A stretch of DNA of 64,000 nt from Octopus sinensis (taxonomy: Eukaryota). Both the position numbers and the translations under genes were made by a program. The stretch spans positions 75,516,001 to 75,580,000 of the forward strand of contig NC_043006.1 in the NCBI RefSeq assembly GCF_006345805.1. The letters run 5' to 3'. The notes beneath the pieces are model-generated. The model saw only the letters and a list, made by a program, of their open reading frames with translations, had not been told where the DNA came from and ran no database searches. Shown piece after piece: positions 24,788 through 38,384 of this stretch (position 1 is the stretch's first letter; each line of letters starts with the position of its first letter).

Positions 24788-25887
24788 CGACAGATAGTTT
24801 TAATCACAATATATAAGAGCTGATAAGAATAAAGAGAAGATAATATATTTCAAAAATATTTACAAAAATCATTATTTTGTTCAAAATTTGGGAAAAAAAT
24901 ATGAAAATTGAAAAACATTATTGAAAGAGTTTATAAATATATAGAAGAAAATAAGAAAATAGGAGTAAAGATCATGTTGCAAAGATGAAAATAAAATTGT
25001 TTGAAAATATTGTCTTGGTTTATTTCGAGTCAGTTAGAACTATCACTGAAAAATCTGTAGACAAGAATTCCTGAGAAATTTTTTTTTAATGTTTTGGAAT
25101 CAGCACAATGGACTTTCTTTTACTGCAAGTGTTTTTTTTTTCATAAGTAGTGCAGGAGAAAAACATTAAACAAGAACTACGGCAAAACATTATAACTGCA
25201 ACCATATATCTGTGTATGTGTCTCAATGTGGATCCGTTCTGTGTGTGTGTGTGTGTGTGTGTGAGCCATTAAGGTAACGTAGCTCACCTACATTTCTGAC
25301 TGTGTTGTATTCTTTCGACGCTTATTCGGAGACTTCCCGCATATGAGGATTCCCATTATGCATATCTCAAAGATCTCACTTCATTTTTGGCAAGAGTTTT
25401 TCAATACATTGTAGACTCGTAATTTTTTTGTTTAGGTAATGTAACAACCATTGCATATATATATGTATATATATAAATGTACATATTAATAAATATGCTG
25501 ATATATACAACATATGTACGGCCATCTATTTCCATGTGTATGTATGTTTATATATTCATATATTCATGATTATATATTGACATAATAATACATTTTATTA
25601 TTTTTCATAGGCATGGCTGCATAAATAACCTGTTGTTAGAACACAGTAGACATGTTTTTCAAAATAAAGTATCTGTACATAAAGGCATATATACATACAT
25701 ACGTACGTACGTACGTACATACATACATACATACATACATAAACATGGATGTATGTATTTGCATATATCTATCTGTATTCATGTACATATACCATAAACA
25801 TTTTTGCATAACTATGTATGGATGTACTTATATATGTGGATGTACATATACTCATGTATTCTGATATATATGTATACGTATATATAT

Positions 25888-25947
<60 letters not shown>

Positions 25948-26095
25948 CATAAACACACACACACACACACAGACACACATATATATACATGAGCAAATGT
26001 CATCTATACACTTAGGCCGACCAAAGCTTCGTTTGGCAGACGGAAATTGAAAGAAGCTCGTCGTATATATTTGATTAAGACAAGATGTACATATG

Positions 26096-26181
<86 letters not shown>

Positions 26182-26659
26182 GCATGTATGTATTTATGTG
26201 TATTATATTCTTATCTTAATCACTGGACTGCCACGTAATAAATTATGCATTCTGGTACTTATTCTGTCGGTCTCGTTTGGCCAACTACACCTATAATTTA
26301 CAGGGACATAAGCAAACTAGCAGTAGTTGTTAAGCGATGGTGCGGTGCAAACACAAATGCAAAGACATACATGTGTATATGTATGTATACATGCATGTAT
26401 CATGTTATATTAGATCATCCGTCACGTGGAAGAAGATGAGTTACGTGGTGTCCGGCTATGGCCGATCACTTAGAAGTGTGCTCGGAAGGCTCTGCTGCAG
26501 CTTAGGCACTGGTGGTCGGCCGTGACTGAAGGCACGTAGTTAGCTCTGGATTTGCGTCTCTTTCAGTTTCCGTCTACCAAATCCATTTACAAAACTTTGG
26601 TCAACCCAGGAATATAGTAGATAACACTTGTCTAAGGAACCAGGAAGCGTGTTGTAATG

Positions 26660-27200
26660 GAAGAGTGGGTGCTTGTGTGTGTAAATTAGATAGGAGTGTG
26701 TGTGTGTGTATGAGCGTGAGTTTAGGTATATGTGCATATTGTTTTAAGGGATTAGTGTATAGTGCTGGGTAATGAGTTTTAAAGCGTATTGCTGATCTGT
26801 TGGGGGTGGGGGCTGGATTGCAAAAGATGTATGTGGTATATGTAAGTGCGTACAGAAGAAGAATTTAAATGAAAAGCGGTGGTAAATTTAGACCCTTAGG
26901 GACTGAAATACGAAGAGAAAAACATAATGTCCGAGTGGCCTCTGATCAAGGCCAATCAGGACAAAAACAAACGTAAACGACGCGAAATTGGAGTGTCATT
27001 AGCGAGGCTGATGTCGCGAAGGTGTTTGGTAAAACGGTCAGACCTGTCAACCAGTTTGTCCAATATATGAGGAGTAGTAAGGAGAGAAGAGGATGCAGTG
27101 AGTCAGTTTATTGTAGGTGTTGACGTGGAAGAAACGGTTGTAAGTACTGGTGAAAAAAGAGGAAGATGATAAGGTCTAACTGTAACAGAGTGAAGAGGAG
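26660..27200 (-). pseudogene. Penelope-like GIY-YIG endonuclease remnant and 3' UTR
   Basis: Minus strand reads SYIGQTG*..DRFTKHLRDISLANDTPISR...PKGLN, matching the PLE pattern YIGETGR..DRF.EHLRDI...PVARHF...P.GLN. Confidence 0.65.
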
Positions 27201-27229
27201 TGTGTGTCTGTGTGTGTGTAGTATGTTAC

Positions 27230-27682
27230 CTTTTATCTTTTACTTGTATCAGTCATTAGATTGCGGCCATGTTAACGCACCACCTTGGAGAAATTTTAAT
27301 CGTATGAATCGACCCTAGTACTTCATATTTAATGCCTGGTACTTATTCTGTCGATCTCTTTAACCGAATCGCGGGATCGTAAATACTCTAATACCAGTTG
27401 TCAAGAGGTAGTAGGGGGATAAATGCAGACGAAGGCACACACACATACACATACACACACGCATACACACATACATCCATACCCACACGAATATACTTAT
27501 GTATCTATATATATATATATATACACGACTGGCTTGTTTCTGTTTCTATCTACCAAATCTGCTCACAAGGCGCTGGTCTGTAGAAGACACTTGCCCAAGT
27601 TGCCACGCAATGGGACTGAATCTAGAATCATGTGGTTAGGAAGCAAACTTAAACTTCTTACCACACAGCTACGTCTGTACCT
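27230..27682 (-). mobile_element. SINE family A-like
   Basis: Tail, internal microsatellite and head present. Confidence 0.75.
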
Positions 27683-28063
27683 GTAAGCCACGTCTGCATC
27701 TATGTAATGATTTTGCTGAAGAATGTACTAAAATCTGATACAGAAAAATATGCCAAGTAATATATGCAGCTGTGGTAGCATCATTTGATATATTATCCTA
27801 CTTGTCTCACGTGTACGACAATTTTCTCTACGGCAAGAGCGAACGTGCGGTACTTTAATCGATAGATGGATTTAAATACTTTGTACTACTTACTAAACAT
27901 AGTGATTTGCTCCAGCACACTCAGTCTGACTGCACCTATTTTCCGCATAACGTACAATGGACTACAGGAATTAGCACATTAATAACAGGTAATTTGAAGG
28001 TGTGGGTATTTATATTTTATCAAAGCAGACAGATACAAAGACGCATGTGTATGTTTTTGTATA

Positions 28064-28446
28064 TACTCTTACTCTCTTTTTACTCTTTTACTTGTTTCAG
28101 TCATTTGACTGCGGCCATGCTGGAGCACCGCCTTTAGTCGAGCAGATCGACTCCGGGACTTATTCTTTGTAAGCCCAGTACTTATTCCATCGGTCTTTTT
28201 TGCCGAACTGCTAAGTGACGGGGACGCAAACACACCAGCATCGGTTGTCAAGCAATGCTAGGGGGACAAACACAGACACACAAACACACGCATACATATA
28301 TATATACATATATACGACAGGCTTCTTTCAGTTTCCGTCTACCAAATCCACTCACAAGGCGTTGGTCAGCCCGGGGCTATAGCAGAGGACACTTGCCCAA
28401 GATGCCACGCAGTGGGACTGAACCCGGAACCATGTGGTTGGTTAGC
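28064..28446 (-). mobile_element. SINE family A (head clipped)
   Basis: Near-consensus body. Confidence 0.85.
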
Positions 28447-28561
28447 ATTGAATTATTTAAGAGAACACGAGAAACAATTCTGAATTCCATTTGAAACTGT
28501 CTACGGCCTGCTTTAGTCTTTCAAATATTCTTGACATTTACGTTTGGTTGGGAAGCATGTA

Positions 28562-28690
28562 TGGCGGCGATATGGAAGAGTCGTTAGCGCACCGTGTAAA
28601 ATAAGCCTTGTGGATTGCAGCTCTACTGCGTTCTGTGTTCAAATCTTACCGAGACCGACATGATTCTTACTCTTCCTTTCTTCCTGGACG
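28562..28690 (+). mobile_element. SINE family C head (diverged)
   Basis: ggcggcgatatggaagagtcgttagc...gtgttcaaatc. Confidence 0.5.
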
Positions 28691-29846
28691 AAATAGCTTG
28701 TCTTCAGCCTTAGAGATGAATGAACTCTGCTACAGAAAAAATACCCAAGTAGGCCGTATAGCATACAAATCTCTGCTATGAATTAAAAACCCAAGAAATG
28801 AAAGAGAACAAAATCAGGTGCAATTGTAAAATTGGAACCTCTGGAACCTCTTTTCTCGATTATGATGGGATGAAAGATAAACTCAGCTCTAGCTTAGATA
28901 TCAATTCCGTCCTGCACCATACAATTTCTGCCCTCGTATATGCACCATTGTCATCGCTGACGAAATGTTTCAGAATATCCATTTAAAGATGAGAAACGTA
29001 AAGAGCGAGAGAATAATCCCTATAAAATCTTTCTCAGAAATGCAATTTCAACACCACATTTGAAACCCCTTTGCAAGTGCCGCTAATAACAATTGGAAAA
29101 AGACATTTTCTATGAAGTTATTGTTAAGAAACCAGCATTAAAATATTTATGTAATCGAAGTTCGGTGGCTTATTGTATTATTCTTGAAAGGCATTTGAAT
29201 TCTGTTGCAAATTTAAGCTGGGTTTTACGGTGTCCATAAAGGAATTAATAACTGATATAAATATTACGTAAATGTGTGATTATAGGCTTCTTTTTTCGTG
29301 AGCTGTTATATATATTAAAGGTATTGTGTACTTCATGTATTATCCATCTTTTACTACTAATTAGATTGCTGAAATTGTTATATTATGTTCCTAACGTCTT
29401 CATAAACTAGAACATACACACTTACCTCTCCATATATATACACAGTGGGGTTCAAAAGTATGTTTATAGTTATCACGTAAGCACTTTAAATACATTTCAA
29501 CACTTCCTACAAAGCAAATTTTGTTGATATATATATATTACCTTCGAACGCGGAGTAGATGAAACAAGGACAACTGAAGAAGGGGAATATTCTTTATGTT
29601 GTATGTCTCGTATTCTCTGTTTTTTCTCGTTGTTCGAAAAAAAGTTCGTTTCTATGTTTTTGTTTTTATGTTTTCGTTTCTCATTGTGTTCAACGCTTTT
29701 TTGATGTTAGGTATCCATATATGGATGTATATATACATATAAATGTAGGTATGTACATATATGTATGTATATATGCATATATTTATATATTATATTATAT
29801 TATATTATATTATATTATATTATATATATATATTATATTATATTAT

Positions 29847-29894
<48 letters not shown>

Positions 29895-29948
29895 ATAATT
29901 TAAGGTGTATTCCGCTAGGAACGTAGTGGAGTACCATATATACGTATT

Positions 29949-30005
<57 letters not shown>

Positions 30006-30819
30006 GTGTGTGTGTATTTATATATGTATGGATATGTGTAGCTATCTACCTACGTATGTATAGATATACACTCAATACACATACAGACATATAAACATTG
30101 TTTTTAAGACGTGTTTTTCAATTCACATAAAAGAAATACTAATAAAGCTCTATTTCTTGTTGTTTATAAGGTATGACGTCAGGAAAAAGTTCAAAAACGC
30201 AGTCTGCGTTGATGATTAGTTTCAGAAAGGTCTTATTTAATAGAGGCCCTTTGCTAGAATGAAATGCTTTCAGTTGTGGGTTGATATCAAGGCGCTATCT
30301 CACTTGAATGCGAACTTACCTGATTTTTCAAACAGGAATTCGCCACTAATTGTATCAGTATTGATTTTGATCAAAATTTGTTTGTAATTCCAATATTATG
30401 AAATAGTACGGACCAGCGAATTTGAACTTAAATTTCATAATATTTTAAATTGCTTCAATTTTAAATCTAATTTTGAAAAAGAAAAAAAAAAGAAGAAAAT
30501 TCGTTTAAAATATAAAGTAATTTTTAAAACGGGTTCATCAACTCGGTGATGCTTCGCTATAGCAGCCACAAGCGTTTAAAATGAAAGAAAGAAATAAAGC
30601 AATAATCATCATAATTTCTTATTCGCTAATGACATATAATTTCATTTGGCTGGAGTAATTTAGACAAACATCTTATGGGGTGATGCACAAACGAGGAAAA
30701 CACTCTCTACATGGTCGTTTCACAGTGTAGTGGTAGAGTTGTAATCATTGTATTTAATTATATTGACAGACACCTTATTAATGATGCTGCTGCAGCTGCT
30801 GATAATATTAATAATTTTT

Positions 30820-30952
30820 ACTATAGGTACAATGCCTAGAATTTGTGGTCAGGGGTATAGTCGATCACATCCATCTCAGTACTTGACTGGCAATTAATTT
30901 ATTGACTCCGAAAGGATGAAAAGCAAAGTCGACCTCGGTGGATTTTGAACTC

Positions 30953-30953
<1 letters not shown>
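30820..30953 (-). mobile_element. SINE family C fragment abutting (AAT)n
   Basis: gaaaggatgaaaagcaaagtcgacctcgg..tgaactc followed directly by (AAT)n. Confidence 0.7.
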
Positions 30954-30990
<37 letters not shown>

Positions 30991-30992
<2 letters not shown>

Positions 30993-31545
30993 CCTTGATG
31001 CAGTACCAGGCAGTGGCTCTCATGGCTTCTGATCTTAACTGATTGGAAGTGTTATCATGTACATTGTTTTGTCTTGGTATAAAAGATGGGCTACAGCAAA
31101 TATTCTGCTCAATACCACAGATTTGCTTGTCAGTTGTTTGACGTTAACCAGTTGAACATGTCCCTTAGTGGCTGACGATATGTGCATCTCTGATCACGAG
31201 CAGAAGTAGTGGGGGAGCATCATAGCCATGTGTTGAGAGGGATTCTTTGGGGTTTGAATAATTCACCTCTGGAAACATGGGTGGTTCTTTCAACATCCTT
31301 AAACAACCCTTATTCAGGGACCGTTTGAGCGGGATGGGTTACTCAACCTGAAGAAAATTCTAACTGGGCCCCACCTGCAAGGTCATGTGCTGTTTATCTT
31401 GATATGAGATCACCATGTCGCGCACATATGGCTGTGATGCATGTGCCTGGTGTACCTTTATCAGACGGGTAGTCATGATGGGTATATTGGGCTTCGTATA
31501 TTTTACCCCAGCGTCACTTTGATGGCATGAACTGCTCTCTCACTC
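30991..31545. mobile_element. Unclassified ~555-bp (AAT)n-flanked repeat, unit 1
   Basis: tgccttgatgcagtacc...ctctctcactc; six copies in the window. Confidence 0.9.
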
Positions 31546-31569
31546 AATAATAATAATAATAATAATAAA

Positions 31570-32124
31570 TGCCCTGATGCAGTACCAGGCAGTGGCTCTC
31601 ATGGCTTCTGATCTTAACTGATTGGAAAGGTTATCATATACATTGTTTTGTCTTGGTATAAAAGGTGGCCTACAGCAAATATTCTGCTCAACATCACAGA
31701 TTTGCTTGTCAGTTGTTTGAACGTAACCAGTTGAGCATGTCCCTTAGTGGCTGACGATATGTGCATCTCTGATCACGAGTAGAAGTAGTGGGGGAGCATC
31801 ATAGCCATGTGTTGAGAGGGATTCTTTGGGGTTTGAATAATTCGCCTCTGGAAACATGGGTGGTTCTTTCAACATCCTTAAACAACCCTTATTCAGGGAC
31901 CTTTTGAGCGGGATGGGCTACTCAACCTGAAGAAAATTCTAACTGGGCCCCACCTGCAAGGTCATGTGCTGTTTATCTTGATATGAGATCACCATGTCGC
32001 GCACATATGGTTGTGATGCATGTGCCTGGTGTACCCTTATCAGACGGGTAGTCATGATGGGTATAATGGGCTTCGTATATTTTACCCCAGTGTCACTTTG
32101 ATGGCATGAACTGCTCTCTCACTC
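31570..32124. mobile_element. 555-bp repeat, unit 2
   Basis: About 97% identical to unit 1 by manual comparison; separated from it by (AAT)n. Confidence 0.9.
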
Positions 32125-32151
32125 AATAATAATAATAATAATAATAATAAA

Positions 32152-32696
32152 TGCCCTGATGCAGTGGCTCTCATGGCTTCTGATCTTAACTGATTGGAAG
32201 TGTTATCATGTACATTGTTTTGTCTTGGTATAAAAGATGGCCTACAGCAAATATTCTGCTCACTACCACAAATTTGCTTGTCAGTTGTTTGACCTTAACC
32301 AGTTAAGCATGTGCCTTAGTGGCTGATGATATGTGCATTTCTGATCACGAGCAGAAGTAATGGGAGAGCATCATAGTCGTGTGTTGAGAGGGATTCTTTG
32401 GAGTTTGAATAATTCCCCTCTGGAAACATGGGTGTTTCGTTCAACATCTTTAAACAACCCTTATTCAGGGATCTTTGGAGCGGGATGGGTTTCTGGACCA
32501 GAGGAAAATTCTAACTGGTCTCCACCTGCAAGGTCATGCGCTGTTTATCTTGATATGATATCACCAACTCGCGCACATATTGTTGTGATGCATGTGCCTA
32601 GTATACCCTTATCAGACGGGTAGTCATGATGGGTATACTGGGCTTCGTATATTTTAACCCAGTGTCACTTTGATGGCATGCACTGCTTTCTTACTC
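32152..32696. mobile_element. 555-bp repeat, unit 3
   Basis: More diverged; 10-bp deletion between gcagt direct repeats. Confidence 0.9.
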
Positions 32697-32703
32697 AATG
32701 ACG

Positions 32704-32762
<59 letters not shown>

Positions 32763-32764
<2 letters not shown>

Positions 32765-32908
32765 CCCTGATGCAGTACCAGGCAGTGGCTGTCATGGCTT
32801 CTGATCTTAGCTGATTGGAAGTGTTATCATGTACATTGTTTTGTCTTGGTATAAAAGATGGCCTACAACAAATATTCTGCTCACTATCACAGATTTGCTT
32901 GTCAGTTG
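32763..32908. mobile_element. 555-bp repeat, partial unit 4, joined to LINE
   Basis: Homology stops at gcttgtcagttg. Confidence 0.85.
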
Positions 32909-35900
32909 AAGAGTAATACTCATTGAAATTTATTACTATTTTCGAAACGAAATGATGTATTTTAACTCGATATCATCTCCACCTCTAACACAACACATGT
33001 AAACATGCGTGATACATTACGATCCATCAATACCAGATCATCCCCGACCCCAAACACCATGTACAAAAAAACTACGAAGAAATTAAATACCACCGATATT
33101 ATTGAACCCAAGAATAACAATCGGGAAGTTCGTACTTTAAACTTACAACACAAAATGTACGAAAAACTACACGTGCAAAACAATGTGACAACAGAAATGA
33201 ACGGACCGGTAACCTACGAAAATGACGACCGTCAAAATAATGGGCCGGACGTTGTTCCTCATGTCCCGCAAATAAAACCCAAAAGACATAAATTGACACG
33301 TGCGAAATACATTTCTATCCTACACGCATACTTCACAGCAGTGCTCTACCCAAAAAATGAAAACACAACAACACATACATATAAAATATGGAAGGAAAAT
33401 AACATAAATATAGACTTGGATACAGCAATGAACCCTAATAAACTAGCTAACGTACGAAGATACATTCTCAACGCAAAAAAATATGAGAAATAGAAATAGA
33501 ACATCTAAAAGAAAAAATACACCAGGAAAATGTAGATAGAAGCCACACAACAATGCCCAAAAATATAAACACTGAAACAGTAAAACACGAAGACAAACGT
33601 AACATTCCCAACAAACACGATGTAAACAAAAAAACAACAAACCCAGACCGTAAGGATGCATAATAATACACGACAAACAGCAAGCCAAAACACGGCAAAC
33701 AAACATATAAATAAGAAAGCGACACAAATCTTAAACCTGAAAACAACGAAGGGGAGCCTAATGATTATGATAATATAAAAAGTAAAATAATCAAAGAACT
33801 GAAAACCACAGAGCTCAAAATGGACCACTGACCAAAAATCAAAATTGACGAAACAACAACACCAATTATAAACAGCATAAACCTAGCCGTCAAGGAACTG
33901 ATAGCCACAGAAACAAAAAGCGATATCACTGAGCTAAATGACTTAGTATACGCAGCAGCCACTGCAGCCACAAAAGAAGCTGGATACTCACTCAAACCCA
34001 TCCAAACAGGAGTACCACCACCCAAACAAACCCTGTGGATAAATAACATCCAAAACAAAATACAAAAAATAAGAAAAGATCTGTCGATTCTTAATGAAAT
34101 CAGTAGACAATCAACGCCGCTGAGCAACAAAAAGAAAACAAAAATACTCCGCAAATATAACATCACAGAAAAAGATTTACCCGAGATAAAAGAAAAGCTG
34201 AAGCAAGATATCCTTGCCAAAGCACAAAGGATCCGCCGGTACGAGAAACGCCAGCGCTTCTCTGAACAAAACAAAAAGTTCAACTCCAACCCCAAAAAGT
34301 TCTACCAAGAACTTGGCGAAAATAAAATAGAAATCACTGCAGCACCAACGGCAGAAGTGGAAGAATTCTGGAGAGAAATATGGTCGGCGAACGAACAACC
34401 AAAAAAAAAGGTTATTAAAACAACAAACTCAGCATCTGAGCAACTTTGGACCCCCATAATAACTGAAGAGGTCACCCAGGCACTGCAAAGACTAAGCAAC
34501 TGGAAGGCACCTGGGCATGACAAGATCCCCAACTTCTGGTTGAAATATCTAACAGGAATGCACAAAAAGCTGGCTGAAAACATACTAGCAGAGCCAGAGA
34601 CAATGCCTGAATGGCTCACGAAGGGGAAAACCATCTTAATTCCCAAATCAGATGAGACAGCAAAACCAGAAAACTACAGACCAATAACCTGTCTCCCTAC
34701 AATGTACAAGGCATTTACTGCAGTGATATCGCAAAGGTTGAACAAGCACCTGGACGAAAACAACATGTTTCCAGAAGAGCAGAAAGGATGCCGCAAAGGC
34801 TCATATGGCTGTAAAGATCAACTAATGATTAATAAAGCCATAACTGAAGACAGCCACAGAAAGAAGAAAGGCCTCAGTATGGCCTGAATCGACTACAAAA
34901 AGGCGTTTGATAGCATCCCCTACACATGGATCCTCGAAACACTAGCCATTAACAAAGTAGCACCATCAATTATAAAATTCATAGGGCACTCTATGAATAA
35001 ATGGCAAACAGTGCTACAGCTCCACACAAAAGAGGGACTCATGAAAACCAAAGCCATCCCCATTAGAAGAGGAATATTCCAGGGAGACACGCTCTCTCCA
35101 CTCCATTTCTACTTGGCACTGTCACCTCTATCTGATATGCTAAATAGAACTGGATGCGGATATAAATGTTACAGCAAAACGATCAGCCACCTTTTATATA
35201 TGGATGACCTAAAACTATACGCTGCAAATGACAAACAACTGGAAACACTATTAAAGACAGTTCATGGATTTACCAAAGAAATAGATATGAAATTTGGATT
35301 AGAAAAATGCGCCAAAGTAAGCATGAAAAGTGGAAAACTAGTTAAGAGTAGCAACATCACACTAGATAAAACCAATGAAATAAAAGAACTAGACCAAAGC
35401 CAAACTTACAAATACTTAGGAATCCATGAACTAGATAAGATACAACACACACAAATGAAAGAGAAAATAAAAAAAGAATATTATAGACGAGTTAGATCAA
35501 TACTAAAAACAGAGCTCAATGCTAAAAACAAGATAATAGGTATCAACACATTAGCTGTCCCAGTTATAAGTCACAGCTACAATATCCTTAACTGGACACT
35601 AAAGGAACTGACCAAAATAGATAGGAAAACAAGAAAAATAATGACAGGATCTAGGATGCATCACCCAAAATCTGACATAGAAAGACTATATATACAACGT
35701 ATAGAAGGTGGTAGAGGCCTTATACAGCTGGAAACCTACTATAAAATAACCACCATAGGACTGCAAAAATATCTACTTCAGAAGGAAGGAAAACTGATAC
35801 AAATAGCGGCAAAACACGAGCAAAACAAAAAACTGTATTTAAGGAAGCTGACAAATACAAACAAAAAATCATACCCCCTAATAAATATGAAGAAGAAGAA

Positions 35901-36869
35901 GAAGAAGAAGAAGAGAAGAAGAAGAAGAAGAAGATGAAGAAACAATAAAAACTATAAAACAAATGAAATCCAAGCTAAAAATAGAACAGCAACGAACCAT
36001 GATAAAACGATGGCAAGAAAAGCCCCTTCATGGTAAATACTGGACTAAACTAAACACAAAAGAAATAGACAAAGAAAAATCCCAGCAATGGTTGAGAAGC
36101 TCAGGACTCAAAGCAGAGACAGAGGGATTTTTAATTGCAGCACAAGACCAAAGCCTCCCCACCAGAAATTACCAAAAACATGTAATGAAAAGAAATATAA
36201 CAAGTAACTGCAGAATATGTGGAGATGGACAAGAAACAATAAATCATATTATCTCTGGCTGCCCAGTCCTGGTTAAGAAGGAATATATTTACAGACACGA
36301 CAGAGTTGGGACCTATATACACTGGAAACTATGCCAAAATTATGGAATAGCAACAGAAAAAAGATGGTATAGGCACACACCAGAAAAGGTCACAGAAAAC
36401 GAGAAAGCAACCATACTCTGGGATATGCCAATACACACAGATAGAGAAATTAAGGCCGACAGACCAGATATAGTTGTCAGAGATCATGAAAAAAAAATGT
36501 TTTCTAATTGATGTATCAATACCAGAGGATGACAACGTGTCTCTAAAAGAAATGGAGAAACTTTCAAAATACAAAGACCTGGAAATAGAGGTTACCAGAA
36601 TGTAGAATCTAAAAACAGAAACAATTCCTATCATAATAGGTGCATTAGGCATAAAAAATATTCAGGCAAATACATAGCAAAAACACCAGGACTTACAAAC
36701 ACATATAACATACAGAAAATTGCACTACTAGGCACTGCACACAGCCTACGCAGAACACTTTCCATACAATAACCATCAGAGCATCACACCAAATCACAGC
36801 ACATACCTAAGGCACACAGAGCTGCGCTCGGTAGTGAAGTGAAAGCACGCTATAAAAATAAAACTACTG
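32909..36869 (+). mobile_element. R4/Dong-type non-LTR retrotransposon (restriction-like endonuclease), near full length
   Basis: Single long disrupted ORF, short 3' UTR and (AAT)n tail from 36870. Confidence 0.9.
33005..36772 (+). pseudogene. R4/Dong ORF: N-terminal domain, RT, CCHC finger, PD-(D/E)xK endonuclease (frameshifted)
   Basis: WKAPGHDKI, ENYRPITCL, EQKGCRK..GCKDQL, A*IDYKKAFDS, GIFQGDTLSPL, HLLYMDDLKLY, CRICG..ETINHIISGC, RPDIV, LIDVSIP, PIIIGALG. Confidence 0.93.
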
Positions 36870-36879
36870 AATAATAATA

Positions 36880-36950
<71 letters not shown>

Positions 36951-37320
36951 GTGAGAAAGAAAGCAAACAATGCTGGATCATAGATATAGCATGCCCATCT
37001 GACAACAAAGTATGCGACTAAGAAGAAAGAAAAGTCGATAGACATGACAGGTTAGCGTGGGAAGTTAAGCAGTTGTGACCGATGAAAAAGGTGGTAGTAG
37101 TACCAATAACTGTCGGAGCCCTGGGAACAGTGAGTAAAAATCTCGAGATGTACACGGAAGAAATAATGAGTGCAATAAGGATGGAGCACTTGCAGAAAAC
37201 AGCACTGCTTCGAACTGCTCGAATACCCGGATGGTGCTCGAAAAATAAGGGTCGTTACCTTTGTTCACGGGTAGTGAACGGCTGGTACTGTGGTACATCT
37301 CCAGCATCAGAAGCAAAGAC
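36951..37320 (+). mobile_element. 3' fragment of a second R4/Dong-type family
   Basis: WIIDIACPSD...VVVPITVGALG...LQKTALLRTARI, followed by (AAT)n. Confidence 0.8.
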
Positions 37321-37340
37321 AATAATAATAATAATAATAA

Positions 37341-37553
37341 TCCTTTCCACTAAAGGCACAAGGCCTGAAATTTTTGGAGAAGGGACTAGTCGATTACATC
37401 GACACCAATGCTTCCCTGGTACTTAATTTATCGATCCCGAAAGGATGAAAAGCAAAGTCGACCTCAGCGGAATTTGAACTCAGAACGTAAAGACGAACGA
37501 AATTCCGCTAAACATTGCGTCCGTCGTGCTAACGATTCTGCCGACTCGCCGCC
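37341..37553 (-). mobile_element. SINE family C, full length
   Basis: Head ggcggcgagtcggcaga, B box, (ATT)n tail on its sense strand. Confidence 0.85.
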
Positions 37554-37554
37554 G

Positions 37555-37561
37555 ATAATAA

Positions 37562-37602
<41 letters not shown>

Positions 37603-37637
37603 TACTACTACTACTAATAATAATAATAATAATAATA

Positions 37638-37726
<89 letters not shown>

Positions 37727-37746
37727 TATTATTATTATTAATTATT
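37555..37746. repeat. (TAC)n followed by an (AAT)n-(ATT)n inverted microsatellite
   Basis: Direct observation. Confidence 0.9.
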
Positions 37747-38269
37747 GCCCTGATGTAGCACCAGAAACTGACTCTCATGGTTCCTGACCATAACTGATTG
37801 GAAGTGATATAAAAGATGGGCTACAGTAAATATTCTGCTCAATACGACGGATTTGCTTGCTAGTTGTTTGACCTTAACTAGTTGAGTATATCCCTTGGTA
37901 GCTGGTGATATGTGCATCTCTGATTACGAGCAGAAGTATTGGGGGAGCATGATAGTTGTATCTTGAGAGGTATTCTTCGGGTTTTGAATAATTCACCTCT
38001 AGAAACGGGTGTTTCGTTCAATTTCCTTAACCCTTATTCAGGGACATTTTGAGCTGGATGGGCTACTTGACGTGGAGAAAATTCTTAATGGGCACCACGA
38101 GCAAGGCCATGCGCTGTTTATCTTGATATGTGATCAACATGTCGCGCATATATGGTTGTGATGTATGTGCCTAGTGTACCTTTATCAGACAGGTAGTCAT
38201 GCGTGGTATACTGGGCTTCGTATATTTTATCCCAGTATCACTTTGATGGCATCCACTGCTCTCTCAGTC
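37746..38269. mobile_element. 555-bp repeat, unit 5 (older, with deletions)
   Basis: Colinear with units 1-3. Confidence 0.85.
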
Positions 38270-38302
38270 AATAATAATAATGATAATAATAATGAGAAGA
38301 AG

Positions 38303-38335
<33 letters not shown>

Positions 38336-38368
38336 AAGAAGAAGAAGAAGAAGAAGAAGAAGAAGAAT
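38270..38368. repeat. (AAT)n then (AAG)n microsatellite
   Basis: Direct repeat. Confidence 0.9.
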
Positions 38369-38384
38369 AAACTGCAAGAATGTA

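Noticed and set aside
29443-29460. Tc1-like TIR stub cagtggggttcaaaagt
   Set aside because: No partner TIR, no adjacent TA and no transposase.
29560-29610. CTGAAGA-aggggaatattc HHR-like start
   Set aside because: GAAA and stem III are absent; at most a remnant.
30991-31545. HDV-like or hammerhead ribozyme inside the 555-bp unit
   Set aside because: CTGACGA and CTGAAGA occur, but without a correctly placed GAAA or stems, and I could not build an HDV fold by eye.
30991-32908. CRISPR-like or satellite interpretation of the regularly spaced repeats
   Set aside because: The long units are the repeated part and the spacers are (AAT)n; dispersed copies exist and there are no cas genes.
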